64,000 bases of DNA. Origin: Eledone cirrhosa. Taxonomy: Eukaryota. The position numbers and the translations under genes are program-made. This document shows, piece after piece, positions 13,406-29,095 of the stretch (positions within the stretch are counted from its first letter, which is position 1; the number at the start of each line of letters is the position of its first letter). The notes below the pieces were generated by a model that saw only the letters and a program-made list of their open reading frames with translations, was not told the DNA's origin and did no database searches. The stretch lies in NCBI GenBank assembly GCA_964016885.1, contig OZ024743.1, forward strand, positions 33,108,001 to 33,172,000, read 5' to 3'.

Positions 13406-13586
13406 TAATTGTTTCTACTTTTTGGCACAAGGTCAGCAATTACCCAGTGGATTACTGGTACTTTATTTTATCGACCCCGTAAGGATGAAAGGCAAAGTTA
13501 ACCTCGGCGGGATTCGAACTCAGAATGGCAAGGGCCGTAACTCTATGTGTCAAAGCATAGCGTCCGACTCTCTACCGATACTGCCA
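13406..13586 (-). mobile_element. SINE group 2
   Basis: Same central domain as other copies. Confidence 0.85.
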
Positions 13587-14327
13587 TGGCTGCATGTAAG
13601 TTTTGAGAATTGCCATCCGCTGACCTTTTTCTCATATATGGGTGGCATGAGCATGACTTTTTAGACCGGCCAACTTAGATTCAACTTAAGATGGGTGGGG
13701 TGGCGTGGTGCATACTATTCATATGCTTCAGATTTGGCCTGTGCCCGTGGGAAGTCTGGTCTGCTGTAATACTGCATAGCGCCAGAGATCTCTAGACTTA
13801 AATTCCTTTCTGCCTATACTGCAGCAAAAGAAAAAGAAAAGGCCATGCTCAGGCAACACACATGAAATTCATTTAGATCAAATGAAGCTGTGCTTGAAGC
13901 TTTTTTAAGTAAAGAAAGGCCTTGCACTGGACCAATCCCACTCTTTGAAAAACAGTAACAGTTATCCAAAAAGAACAAGTCAATATCATTGGCTGCCATT
14001 GAGTCGCTAGTTTTAGAAGTTTCTCTCACTCCTGGTGGGCTAATCACATGCTTAGGCACCAAACCAAATATTTCCATATACATTTATATATATGTGTGTG
14101 TGTGTGCGTGTGTGTGAACCAGACTGTTCAAAATAGACTTAAACAACATATATCCTTCTAACTATATCTCCACTTAGTAAACCAACCCCTAACCAAACCC
14201 CTTACAAACCTGACACGGTACACAACCATGCACCCATTTTAACCCTATGTCCAACTACCAAGACCCAAACTGACCTGAGACCCTACAGTCATCATCAATA
14301 TATGGTAATATATATATATATATATAT

Positions 14328-16641
14328 ACAAGTGTACTTCGCAAGAAGGGAAGCAGAAGAAAGAAAGTTCAAGCATATTCTACAACGCGAGGACCAAAAA
14401 CGTGAGGTGTTCAGGATTGCTAGGCAATGTGTCAAGGAAAACCGTGATATTGTCGGGGAGAAGTGTGTCCTTAATGATGATGGTGTACTTGCCATCACTG
14501 ATGCTGATAAGAAGGTAGCTTGGAAATGTCACTACGAAAGGCTACTAAATGAGGAGAATAATTGGAAGAAAGGCAGTCTCCCCCACATCGATCCAATAGA
14601 GGGACCAGCAGTGTTAGTTGATGGTAGTATAATAAGTAAGGCAATCAAAGATATGAAGACGGGTAAGGCAGCTGGTCCTTCGGAAATAGTTGCTGAAATG
14701 CTGAAAGCATCTGGAATGGTGGGACACACTATGGTCACCCGGATAGTAAACCAAGTCATACAGAATGGGGTCGTTCCGAAGGACTGGCGTAGCAGCATCA
14801 TCATTAACTGCTACAAGGGTAAAGGAGATGCCCTAGATAGGGGTAACTATAGAGGCATTAAATTAATCGACCACGTCATGAAGGTCACAGAAAAAGTAAT
14901 AGCATAACTAATCAGAGAGCGAATTGATCTAGATGAAATGCAGTTCGGGTTTGTGTCAGGTAAAAGTACCACAGACGCTCTTTTCATTGTACGACAACTA
15001 CAGGAGAAGTACCTAGCTAAAGGTAAACCCCTATACTTAGCTTTTAGAAAGACTTTGACAGAGTCCCCCGCTCCATTATCTGGTGGGCTCTTAGAAAACT
15101 AGGTGTTGATGAATGGCTTGTGAGAGCTATACAAGCCATGTATAAAGAAACAGTCAGCAAGGTTAAAATTAACAACGAATATAATGAAGAGTTTAGCGTA
15201 AAAGTTGGTGTTCATCAGGGCTCCGTCCTTAGCCCCCTCCTATTTATTATTACCCTTCAGGCTATAACAGAAGAGTTCAAGACTGGCTGCCCATGGGAAC
15301 TCCTATACGCAGATGATCTAACGCTCATAGCTGAATCAATGGCTGAACTAGAGAAGAAATTCCAAACATGGAAACATGGCCTAGAATCAAAAGGCCTTAA
15401 AATTAACCTGTCTAAGACTAAAGTTCTAGTTTGTAGGAAGGAAAATAGGGCACCAGTCCTATCTGGGAAATGGCCATGCTCAGTGTGTAGGAAAGGAGTA
15501 GGCAGAAACTCCATTTTATGTCCCAAATGCAAAGTATGGGTGCATAAAAGATGTAGTGGGATCACAGGTAAGCTAACTAAGAACATAGATTTTATATGTG
15601 GCCGGTGCTCTGGTGCAATAAGTAGCAGCAAGAACCCACAGAATAATACCTCATTCCATTGCACAGATGGTTCTATAGAAATAGTAGACACCTTCCGTTA
15701 CCTGGGTGACAAAATCAGCAGTGGAGGAGGGTGCTCTGAAAGTACAGTAGCTAGAGTCAGAACGGGATGGAAAAAGTTCAGAGAGCTTATACCACTATTG
15801 GCTGCTAAAGGGTTCTCTCTAAAAATGAAAGGCAGACTGTATGATGCCTGCATACGAACAGCAATGTTACATAGCAGTGAGACCTGGGCATTATGTGCAG
15901 AGGATATATGCAGACTGAAGACGAACGAAGCTTGCATGCTCTGCTGGATGTTTAATAGTAATATACGTGAACGGCAAAGCATAAACGAACTAAGGGAGAA
16001 ATTAGGAATAAGAGGGATCAGATGCTGTTTACTCGAGAGATAACTACGTTGGTAGGGTCACGTGATGTGCATGAAAGACGACAGCTGTATAAAAAAGTGC
16101 AGGGCGATAAAAATTGACGGTAGCCACGGAGTAGGCAGACCCAGAAAAACCTGGGACGAGCTGATAAATTCCGACCTCACACACTTACACCTCTCCAAGA
16201 CAATGTCACTGGACCGAGATCTTTGGCGCTACGTAGTAATACAGAAGACCCGCCTTGCCTAAGTACAAAGCGAAACCTACAGTCAGTAGGCACCTCTAAC
16301 AAAAATACACCCCGTCCCACTACCCCCACCCCATCCGCACCACCCCTTTCAATGTAAAGTTATGTTGGTACCACAACATCCAGTCCGAAATAAATGAGGT
16401 CGTGTACGTGTCACGACAAAAAAAACGCACAATCCACGCTGTAATGTGGCCGTGTAGGTAACACGGTAAAAACCTCCCAGTCCACACTGTAAACGTGGTT
16501 GGTGTTAGGAAGGGCATCCAGCCGTAGAAAACCCGCCAGACAGTCCTATACGAGCAAGACAACCAATCTTGCCTCAAGTGGGAAAATTCCTGTCCAAACC
16601 CATGCTAGCATGGAAGATGGACATTAAACGATGATGATGAT
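14328..16641 (+). mobile_element. RTE-A LINE, 5'-truncated, with stops and a frameshift
   Basis: ORF pieces 14302-14907, 15120-16043 ([18 protein letters not shown]-type finger) and 16062-16262; GAT tail; TA on both sides. Confidence 0.95.
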
Positions 16642-16647
16642 ATATAT

Positions 16648-16901
16648 ATCGTGTAGGTGTCACAAGAAAAAAACACACAGTCCACGCTGTAATGTGGCCG
16701 TGTAGGTAACACGGTAAAAAGTTCCCAGTTCCACACTGTAAATGTGGTTGGTGTTAGGAAGGGCATCCAGCCGTAGAAAACCTGCCAGATAATCCTATAT
16801 GAGCGAGACACGGTCACCCGACCAACCTTGGCTCAAGTGGGACAACTCCCATCTAACCCATGCTAGCATGGAAAGTGGACGTTAAACGAGGAGGATGATG
16901 A

Positions 16902-16905
<4 letters not shown>
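16648..16905 (+). mobile_element. RTE-A 3' UTR fragment inserted directly behind the previous copy
   Basis: Only about 10 nt of TA separate the two; variants match the 1194-1720 copy (ACGGT(C/T)ACCCGACCAACC). Confidence 0.9.
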
Positions 16906-16976
<71 letters not shown>

Positions 16977-17863
16977 GATTACACCCTGTTACTACTCTGA
17001 ACTTCAAGGATGCTCATGGATCAGCAAGCAATTGCAAAACTCAGAGTAACAACAAAAAGTAATCTCAGTAATATAATGAATTAATATTATACTATACTTT
17101 AATATTGAGCCCTTTTTAAATATGTATTATCATCATCTTTATCATCATTTAACACCAGCTTTTCTGACTAGCAAGTGTTGGACTGGTAGTCACAGACCAA
17201 GTCAGTACCTGATTGATGCTACTGAACTCTCAGATGAGTTGGGGCTGCATCTCAGTTACATACATTTCTGCTCTCTACAGAATGCACAGAGTGTGTTTAA
17301 CCACAGCACCAACACTAGGATGGGGGCTTGTATCTTTGGCATAATTTTCTCAAGCCTTTGTTTGGCAGTTTTTCTATGTTTGGATGCCTTTCTATCACCA
17401 ACTACCTCACAGTTTACTGGGTGTTATTCATTGGGGCACAAGATCTAAAGAGGTTGTTAATTATTAACTCAACTGAAGAGCCCTCTCTACCTTATGGGGT
17501 TGGGAGATGAAAATCTGTCTCAGATGAGTACGATGTCATGAATGTATGACAAGTGTGGTGGGATTTAAATAGGTGATGTGAGAGAGAAAATGGGTGAGAA
17601 AGTGTGTCATGTCTGTATAAGATTTGTGGTGAGATTTGGTAGATTGATGTAGGAAAGGAAATGTGTGATGAGGACAATGATGACAAGGACAAACATTAGG
17701 GAGCTATGACTGGTGTGGTAGAATTCAGCAGAGAGATAGAAGGAAGAAAGAGTGATGAGGGTGATCTTTGATAAAAAAAAAAGGAAAGTATAGTGATGGT
17801 GAGAATAGTTGCTTAGGAGGTGGTGGGGTGGGAGAGATCATGTCACATATTTTCATATATATA

Positions 17864-18744
17864 CAGGGTGTGGACGATATTTGTTTGCAAGATTACTGTC
17901 TAGGAAAAAGTAACACAGTAGTTTTATTTTTTAAGATATATTTATCAAACTTGGGTCAGTTTGTCTTCATGACTTGTTCTTTCGATCTCCTTTGATAAAC
18001 CTGCCATTGGCTTTGATGACAGCCTCAAGGTGACCTCGGAACCGGCTACAGGCCTTCGTCACTGTCCCCCGATTTAGGCCTCTAAAGGCACTTGTGATCC
18101 TGGCCTTCAGATCGTCTTTCGTATTGCAGCAAGATCTGTTGGTGTCTCGTTCCACTGTGCCCCACACAAAGAAGTCGAGGGGGTTGCAGTCAGGCAAGCT
18201 GGGAGGCCAGATGTCAGGTGAAGTGTGGTCGACGAAGTTCTCTGACAGCCAGGCTTGGGTCTTTCGGCAAGTATGGCAGGCGCTGAGTCTTGCTGCCACA
18301 CATACGGCCTATCTGCAGCTACCTGGTCGATCCAGGGCTTTACTACCTCGCTCAGAACACGGATGTAGCTATCGGTGTTCTGCTTGAGGCCCTCATGGAA
18401 GAAGTGAGGTGGCATGACGTCACCTTGACTGCTGATGACACCTAAGACCAATGTTGTCGCTGGAAACTTTGTCTGCATGACTCTGGGCACGTCTTTGGAT
18501 GAGCCAGCGAGCCACCTGTTGCTCTGGGAGTTTCTGAAATTTCCTTATTTGTCCTCCCGGTGCGGATTCCAAGAAGAACTCCGTGTCTCTTCCACAAATT
18601 TGGAGGTTCAAAATTATTCAGAATCTGAAAATAAATAATGGAAATATAGTCACTGTTTTTCTGAAGACAAGAGTGACAACAGAAGTAAAAAAAAATTCGC
18701 ATAAAATTAGCAGTTGAAAATTGCGAACAAATATCGTCCACACC

Positions 18745-18747
<3 letters not shown>
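17864..18747 (-). mobile_element. Internally deleted Tc1/mariner element, maT (DD37D)-like
   Basis: 27-bp TIRs CAGGGTGTGGACGATATTTGTT(T/C)GCAA, TA on both sides; frameshifted transposase C-terminal half with WQQDSAPA and WPPSLPDCNPLDFFVWG. Confidence 0.9.
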
Positions 18748-18789
<42 letters not shown>

Positions 18790-18911
18790 TCTATATATAT
18801 ATCCTGATCAAGGGTCTTGAAATCACTCACAGAGGAGGAACCCCTCCCTGGACTCCTTCCACCATGAGGGTCCCAGGGGGTTGGTGAGGTCGTCTTGCCA
18901 TATATATATAT

Positions 18912-19176
18912 ATCACCTTCATCACCTTGACCGACCAGTCTGTCAGGCGCCAATCGGCACCGCTGGTCTCAGCACGTCGTGCTGTTTTAGCCATAAGATA
19001 ACGCCATCCCACTGGCTGGGCAGGCAGGCCGGTACTCATTTCTACAGCTGAGTAAACTGGAGCAACGTGAAATAAAGTGTCTTGCTCAAGGAAACAATAC
19101 ATCACCTGGTCCGAGAATTGAACTCACAACCTTTCGATTGCAAGCCCAATGCTCTAACCTCTAAGCCATGTGCCTT

Positions 19177-19180
<4 letters not shown>
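18912..19180 (-). mobile_element. SINE group 1 with a different tail ending GGTGATGAAGGTGA
   Basis: Head and core match 13009-13150; the sequence after AAATGAG is unrelated; TA on both sides. Confidence 0.8.
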
Positions 19181-19214
<34 letters not shown>

Positions 19215-19229
19215 TGTGTGTGTGTGTGT

Positions 19230-20555
19230 ATGTGTGTAAGAAAGAAGTAGGTAGAATCTCCATCATATGCCCCAAATGCAAACTATGGGTACACAAGTGA
19301 TGTAGTGGGATTTCAGAGAGGGTAGCAAAGGATGCATATTTTATATGTGGTCATTGCACAGGTGCAGGAAATAGCAACAGCCTACAGGATACTAACTCCT
19401 TTAAATGTCCAGAGGGCTCGGTAGAAGTAGTTGATAGTTTCCATTCCTTGGCGACCGTGGATGTTCTGAAAGTACTGTAGTCAGAGTGAGAACAGGATAG
19501 AAGAAGTTCAGGGAGCTATTACTGCTGCTAACCACAAAAAATTTTTCCCTCAAAAGATGGGCAGATTGTATGATGTGTGTAAATGAACAGCAATGATGCA
19601 TGGCAGTGAGACCTGGGCACTGTGTGCACAGGACCAATGAATATTGGGAAAAAAATGAAGCCTCCATGCTTCAATGGATGTGTAATAGTAATATACATGA
19701 ACGGCAAAGCATCAATGAACTGAGAGAGAAACTGGGTATAAGAGGGATCAGATGCAGTATGCAGTAGAGTTAAATGCATTGGTATGTGTGATGTGAATGA
19801 AGGATGACAGCTGTATAAAAATGTGCAGAGGGCTCAAAGTTGATGGAAGCTATAGTGTAGGGAGACTTGGAATGAGGGCATAAAAGCTGACCTGGCACAA
19901 TTTCACCTCTCAAAGGTGATGACACAAGATCGAGATCTCTGGCCTTATGCAGTAATACAGAAGACTCACCTTTTTATGTGCATGGGTTGAAGTATACCTA
20001 TCCCTCCTCCTTCCATACATCTCCATGTCCTAACATCCCTCTCCATCTTACACCTCCCATGTCCTAACATTCCCCATGTCCTAACATTCCCCATGTCCTA
20101 ACATTCCCCATGTCCTAACATTCCCCATGTCCTAACACTCCTCCCATGCCAGAACACTCTGCCCATTGATCTACCTCTCCAAATCCCACACATTTCCCTC
20201 CCAAAGTCCACACTGTAAAGTGGTTGTGATAGCAACACAACAAAAGGTACCCAGCCCACACTGCACAGTAGTCGGGTAGGTAACATGACAAAATCACCCA
20301 GTGGTTGTGTAGGTGCCACAACAAAAAGCTCCCAGCCCACATTGTAAAGTGGTCAAGTAAGTGTCATGACAAAAATGCACCCAGCACACACTGTTTATCT
20401 GGTTGGCATTAGGAAGGGCATTCAGCCGTAGAAACCAAGCCCAAACCAGTCTGTATGAGCAAGAGATGGTCATTGGATCTAGCTTGTCTCACAACAGTGC
20501 ACCTCGTCTAACCCATGCTAGCATGGAAAAATGGACATTAATCAGTGATGATGTT
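19230..20555 (+). mobile_element. Older degenerate RTE copy (PHD region to 3' UTR)
   Basis: Reads VCKKEVGRISIICPKCKLWVHK, then HGSETW similarity and the shared 3' tail. Confidence 0.85.
20056..20140. repeat. 17-bp minisatellite, about 5 copies, inside the RTE 3' UTR
   Basis: Unit CCCCATGTCCTAACATT. Confidence 0.9.
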
Positions 20556-20659
20556 GATCCACTTACCGTGGACATCTCTGCGTATATATATATATGACAC
20601 ATACACACACACACATATATATACATATATATGTGTGTGTGTATCTATATATAGATATA

Positions 20660-20721
<62 letters not shown>

Positions 20722-20829
20722 TAGTCTTTTTGGTCTACTGGTAAGATGCCAGTTTAATGATTATGCTCATTGGGGTTGATTTTAATCACACCTCACTTTC
20801 AAAATATATATATTATAAGGTAAAGGTAC

Positions 20830-21152
20830 CTTATTTAGTGATTAGAATGCTGGGCTTACAATTGTGAGGTTGTGAGTTCAATTCCTGGTATGTTGTGTCA
20901 TTGAAGAAGACACTTTATTTCTCATTGCTCTAGTTCACTCACCTTTAGAAATGAGTTTTGATATCACTGGTGCCAAGTTGTATTGGCCATTGCCTTTCCC
21001 TTCGATAACATTGGTGTCGTGGAGAGGGAGACAGGTATGCATGAGCGACTGCTGGTTTTCCACAAACAAGCTTACCCAGGCTTGTGCTTTGATGGAGAAC
21101 TTTCTTGGTGCAAATCTCATGGTCATTCATGACTGAAGGGAGTCTTTACCTT
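20830..21152 (+). mobile_element. SINE group 1 with another tail type ending CTTTACCTT
   Basis: GTGAGTTCAATTCC B box, GTGTCATTGAAGAAGACACTTTATTTC core, distinct 3' half. Confidence 0.7.
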
Positions 21153-21380
21153 TCTACCCTATATTGTAAGATATATATGCCATACAGTCAAGCTTAAATT
21201 ACTTTGATCACAAAGCTTGACTGTTGACCTATGAGAATATCTACACTTTCCTTTCCTTAAAGTATAAAGTACTAAGTTCTATAATGGACAGTTGTCATAA
21301 TGGACATTTGTCTCAATCATTAACATCTTATCTGTCTATCTATCTACCTATGTATATTTATATATACATATATCTTCTTC

Positions 21381-21583
21381 TTAACCCTTTAGCATTCACA
21401 TTATTCTATATATATATACTATTATATTTTCATGGTAAAGGCTTTACCTCGCATAATTATCTCTCATAATATCGAATTTTGAAAGTATTTATTTTGAGAA
21501 CAATACCTTAACATCAGTTTGAGTGGCCAGTTTCGACAGAAAGAGGTAGAGAATTCTGGCCAGTTTGAACATTAAAGGGTTAA
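21381..21583. mobile_element. TTAA-flanked MITE
   Basis: TTAA-CCCTTTAGCATTC...GAACATTAAAGGG-TTAA. Confidence 0.8.
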
Positions 21584-21650
21584 CTAATAAAATAATTAAG
21601 AAAAGGCAAAGTCTAAAAAACAAGATACTAAAAATAGTGGACTAAATAAA

Positions 21651-22925
21651 ATATAATGATAATAATTGTTTCTACTTTTGGCACAAGGCCAGCAATTACC
21701 CAGTATAATTACTGGTACTTTATTTTATCGACCCGTAAGGATGAAAGGCAAAGTTAACCTGGGCGGGATTTGAACTCAGATTGTAAAGGGACGTAACTAC
21801 GCTGGAAAGCATGTCCGACCCTCTACCAATACTGCCAATTCACCGCCCTTATATATAATGAAAATAATTGTTTCTACTTTTGGCACAAGGCCAGCAATTA
21901 TCCCAGTGTATTACTGGTACTTTATTTTATCGATCCTGTAAGGATGAAAGGTAAAGTTAAGCTCGGCGGGATTTGAACTCAGACTATAAAGGGCCATAAC
22001 CCTATGCTGCAAGGCATGGTGTCTGACTCTCTACCGATACTGCCAATCCACCGCCCTTATATAATGATAATAATTGTTTCTATTTTAGGCACAAGGCCAG
22101 CAATTACCCAGTACATTACTGGTATTTTATTTTATCGACCCCGTAAGGATGAAAGGCAAAGTCAGCCTCGGCGGGATTTGAACTCAGATCGTAAAGGGAC
22201 GTAACTATGCTGGAAAGCATGTCCGACCCTCTACCGATACTGCCAATCCAAATGATATCTAGGTTAGGTAGAAGGACATCGAGATTTTTGTGAGGACAGG
22301 ATTGATTACATCTACCCCCATATGTAACTGGTAGTTTATTTATTTATTTATTTATTACCTGAAGAGGAGGAAAAGCAAAGTTGGCCTGAGTGAGATTTGA
22401 ACTCAGAACTTCAAAATTCAGAATAAATACTGCAAAGCATTTCGTCTGACACCCTAATAATTCTGCTAAGCCACCATCATAAATGATAATAATTGTTTCT
22501 ACTTTAGGCACAAGGCCAGCAATTATTCTAGTGTATTACTGGTACTTTATTTTATCGACCCCGTAAGGATGAAAGGCAAAGTTAACCTCGGCGGGATTTG
22601 AACTCAGAATGGCAAGGGCAGTAACTCTATGCGTCGCTTTCTAGCATAGGCAAAAGGCCAGTAATTTTTTTTTTGGGGGGGGGGGGGGAGAAGTCGATTA
22701 AATCGACCCAGTACATTACTGGTGCTTTATTTTTTCGACCGCGTAAGTATGAAAGGTAGAGCTAACCCAGACGGGATTTGAAGTAAAAAAAAATAAGGAT
22801 TTATAGTATAGGCTCAAGGCCAGTAATTTGGAGGGAGGAGAAAGTCGATTTAATCGACCCCAGTACATTACTGGTGCTTTATTTTAGCAACCCCGTAAGG
22901 ATGAAAGGCAAAGCTAACCTAATAA
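21651..22925 (-). mobile_element. Cluster of about 7 co-oriented SINE group 2 copies; first three full-length and head-to-tail
   Basis: Central domain repeats at about 21720, 21925, 22130, 22350, 22550, 22730 and 22880. Confidence 0.88.
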
Positions 22926-25380
22926 TAATAATAAGAAGAAGCAGAAGGAGAAGCATTTCTATATTTATGTAATATATTTATATTCTTTGAAATGGTATGT
23001 AGAGTTCTTTAGGCAATAAATACCTAATTCTTTGATTTCCGATAGATAAATAAATATTTGTTTGATCAAAGACTTGTAGTTAGTTGCCCTTTTTCTTGTA
23101 AACACTACTAAATACCAGTGATTTATATGTAGACAATAATCTAAGTAAAACTGAAACATAAATGGAATGAAAAAATAAATACAAATAAATGAATGATCAG
23201 ACACTTAGACCTTAGACCATTTTTTTATATTTAAAAATAACAACATATTTTTTCTTGAAGACAGCCCTTAACCATGATCACATGCCATCTGTTAAATTGT
23301 TACTAGGCATAGTAACTATAGGAAGCCATCTATAGTTGCTACTTCTACTGCTGCTGATGCTACTGCTACTGCTGTTGCTGCTATTATTACTACTTGTGTT
23401 TATAAGGATGCTGTTACTTTCTAATGCTCACTGTCACCACTACCATACACATTACACATACAGCCGCTATGATCTTCATGACTACCATAATAAGTATCAT
23501 CATTATCAACATCAACCTGATTGTTAGTTGTTGTCATTATCTGGAGAGCTACTGTTCTATTGTAAGAGCAGCAATGACAACAGAAATATAAGCCATTGTT
23601 AACAGTGGTGGCAGCCAGCATTAAATCTCAGAGCAATACAAAATTCCTCAGCATCATCATCTGTTCTGATCAACATTTCTCTCCTTCAAACACTCTCCAC
23701 CTTTCTTTCCATTACAATAATAAATTCTATCTTTTAACATTATTATTATTATTATTATTGTGCATTTTTACTCAATCTTATTGTAACCCTCCACTGTCCC
23801 TGTCTTTCTATTGTCCCCTATATGTCGGCCCTTGTGGCCAATAAATGAAATCATCATCATCATTATTATTATTATTATGCCTAAATTAGAAACCATTATT
23901 CCTATTATTTTTATTATTATTTTTATTCAGTGCTATAATATATCAACATTGTCATTGTAACAGTTGTTGTTGTTGGTGTTGTTGTAGTTGTCATTGTCAA
24001 CATTGTGGTAGCTATGAGATATTGACTATGATTGCCTGTTTGTGTTGCAACTGGTGTGATGATAAACAGGAATGGATAGCAGGTTATGCACTACCGAAGT
24101 TGCAGTGGATTTGTATGGTTAAAAGAGTCAGTGAGAAAGAGGTTAGGAATAGTAGTTTATTTGAAAAGCACACATGAGGCTTTCTTAAACCATTTACAGC
24201 TTTTTTTTTCTTCCTTTCTTCTGAAAGCTATTGAATCACTGATAAGGTACCTGTCTACTGTTATGTCATTTTCATGCTACTCTAATATCAAACTGACCGA
24301 GGGAAGTTGAAATTAGAGATGATACTTTATTAAATATAGAAGTACTAACAGATGGAAAAAATACATTTATTATAGAATATAGCAACATCTAAATTTTAGA
24401 TTATGAAGAGAATAAAAAATAAAAAAAGATAGAATATTTTATAATAAAGATGATGGTTATGAATTGAAATAGTAAAAAAGAGTAGAGAATTCTCTTAAAA
24501 AATGAAAAGAAAGGAAGAGACATGAAAAGAAGTGGGGGATAGTTTGAAGTATGAGTAAAGAATAGGAATAAAAAAGAGAAAGAAAGATAGAAGAGAAAGA
24601 GAAAAGTAGCTGTGGTTGAGTGAGGGGGTGGCAAAAGGCAAAGCAGACAAACTGAGAGGCTGAGGCAGGAATGCGGAAGGACTGTAGATTCTAGAAAATA
24701 CTCTTACAAACATATGAAGCAGCAAAATCTTGCTAAAATCTAAAACTGAAATACAAGTGGATTATAAGACAGACGTTTAGTGGCAAATTTCAATGTAAAT
24801 GTAGTAGGAAATCACACGGCATTCCTACACTGCAGTGACCTGAGAGTGTAGGAATGGAGAAATGTGAGAAGGAAAAATGCACAGAGTTGTTATACATATG
24901 CACAGATATATTGATGCACGTGCACTACCAGAGATAGAGATGAACAGAAATATAGACCACTTGCTAAAGAAGAAATAGTCTGTTGAAATTATTGGAGAGA
25001 ATGTATTATCTGTCAGTCACCAGGGAACAACATTGTTGATAAGTCAGAACCAGTAGTTGTGAAATATTCTTTATTTTGGTAAGTCACCTTAGACAGTGTA
25101 CATACAATGCAGCATGTTTGCTATGTGAAAGGGGTGCAGATATGTACACAATTGATGTCTGTTTAGGCTTGTAGTGAAGAAAATTCATTTGAAACTTTAT
25201 ATATTATTATTTCATCAAAATGATTGTAAAATATTTATATATAAAACTGATCCATTCAAATAACATAAAAAAATTACAACATTAATCACTAAAACAAATA
25301 TATTAGTAACTATAAATATTATAAATACTGTTATCTATAGAATACTAACATAATAAACACCTGTATTTAGCTACACACAA

Positions 25381-27125
<1,745 letters not shown>

Positions 27126-27589
27126 CTTAAACACATTAAATAGATTAAATATTTCCTAGGTGTTTTCCCTTTTTATTTTAGCTCAACTCTCACAGCCTAT
27201 TTATATATTCAGCATTGGTCGGCGCTATGGCAGACTGATATTTGCCTCTATTACCATTGATTCCTTCTGTTTATGTTGGCTATTTAACTATCTCCCTTCT
27301 ACTTTTTAATCATTTCTTCATTCACTGTAGCAGTTCTATAGTTGTTTCCTCATTTGTCTTTCCATTTATATTTAATCTGTTAGAGTTTTAACTGCGTATG
27401 TGTGTGTGTGCATGTGTGTGTGTGTGTAGAATACTACACACAGTGTGCTTACACATTGATTACAGGTGTAAGTGAAAGTAAAAATGTATTTACGCAAGCT
27501 AGCAAAGAAAACAGACGTTTGCTGATTATATATATATATTTACGTAAGACATATATACACACACAACCAAACACCTATCTATCTATCTA

Positions 27590-27651
<62 letters not shown>

Positions 27652-27826
27652 CACACACATATATATGATTTCTTTCGAATGAAACAGTTCTAGTCCTGTA
27701 GAATATAGCCATTTCTATATTAAATATTGTATATACTCTACTATGTATTGAGTACCTTACTTACTGTGGTTACCCCCGATTGAACCAGTGATACGCACAC
27801 ACACACGAGAGAGAGATGACAATCAT

Positions 27827-27857
<31 letters not shown>

Positions 27858-28352
27858 CTCACACACACATGCTCATTCTCTATGTTGGCAATGAAGAGGA
27901 GAGGTGTGAGTAGAAAGATGTGAGTAAATGCAACACTTGGTTGTTTTGTTATGAATGTGAAAATACAAATACATACGTATTGGATGTTGGTTTTATATAA
28001 AACGACGAATATTGATAAGGTTGACTAAAGTGAAGCCTACTGGCTATACAGGGGCTACTGGACTATTAATTTGCTTTTTTGATATTCTTTCATTTTGGTG
28101 ATTAAAGTGCTAGAGATGGCTCAAACTACGTAAAAGCTTAAGGGCCTGACTATGGTTTAATAAGGCCCTATAGAGAAATTGAATGGAATTGCAAATAAAC
28201 CAATTTGGAACAGATAGATGTTTATATGTGCGTGTGTGTACGTATATACATATAAATATATATATACACACACACATATATATATATACAAACACACACA
28301 CACATATATATATATATACATATATATATATAATACATATATATATAATACA

Positions 28353-28388
28353 TATTGGCAACATGACCCTCCCAAAGTATAACAATAT
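28353..28388 (+). mobile_element. 36-nt terminal fragment of the Penelope-like element
   Basis: TATTGGCAACATGACCCTCCCAAAGTATAACAATAT, identical to 48115-48150, embedded in TA. Confidence 0.75.
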
Positions 28389-28798
28389 ATATATATACAT
28401 ATATGTATATATACACATACATATATATGTATATAGGCACATACATATATGTATATACATACATATGTATATATATACACATACATATATATATACACAT
28501 GTATATATACATACACATACATATGTATGTATATATATACACATACATATATGTATGTGTATGTATGTACATAAGTTAATGTATGTACATGTGTAAATGT
28601 ATGTTTATATGTATATGTATGTATATGTGTTTCTGTATGTATATATGTACATACATATGCATATAAACATACATGTATATATGTATATGTACATACATAT
28701 ACATATTTATACACATATATACATGAATGTATATATGTATATGTATGTATGTGTATATATGTATAAATAAATGTGTACATGTATGTGTATATGTATAA

Positions 28799-28833
<35 letters not shown>

Positions 28834-28880
28834 CATATGTAAATGTATCTATATGTGTGTATATATGTATGTATATATAG

Positions 28881-28911
<31 letters not shown>

Positions 28912-28935
28912 TATATACATATGCATATATTTATA

Positions 28936-28989
<54 letters not shown>

Positions 28990-29095
28990 TTACATATATT
29001 CAAATATATATATATATACATTTATATATATATATATAAATATATATATATACATTTATATATATATATAAATATAAATGTATATACATATGCAT

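Noticed and set aside
23336-23527. Poly-Leu signal-peptide-like ORF with His-rich tail
   Set aside because: It arises from CTG/CTA/CAT trinucleotide low-complexity sequence.
24720-25085. Possible host exon ending at GTAAGT near 25079; similar candidates at about 775-910, 1960-2050 and 4660-4820
   Set aside because: Frames are short or interrupted and no protein family is recognisable; RNA-seq would be needed.
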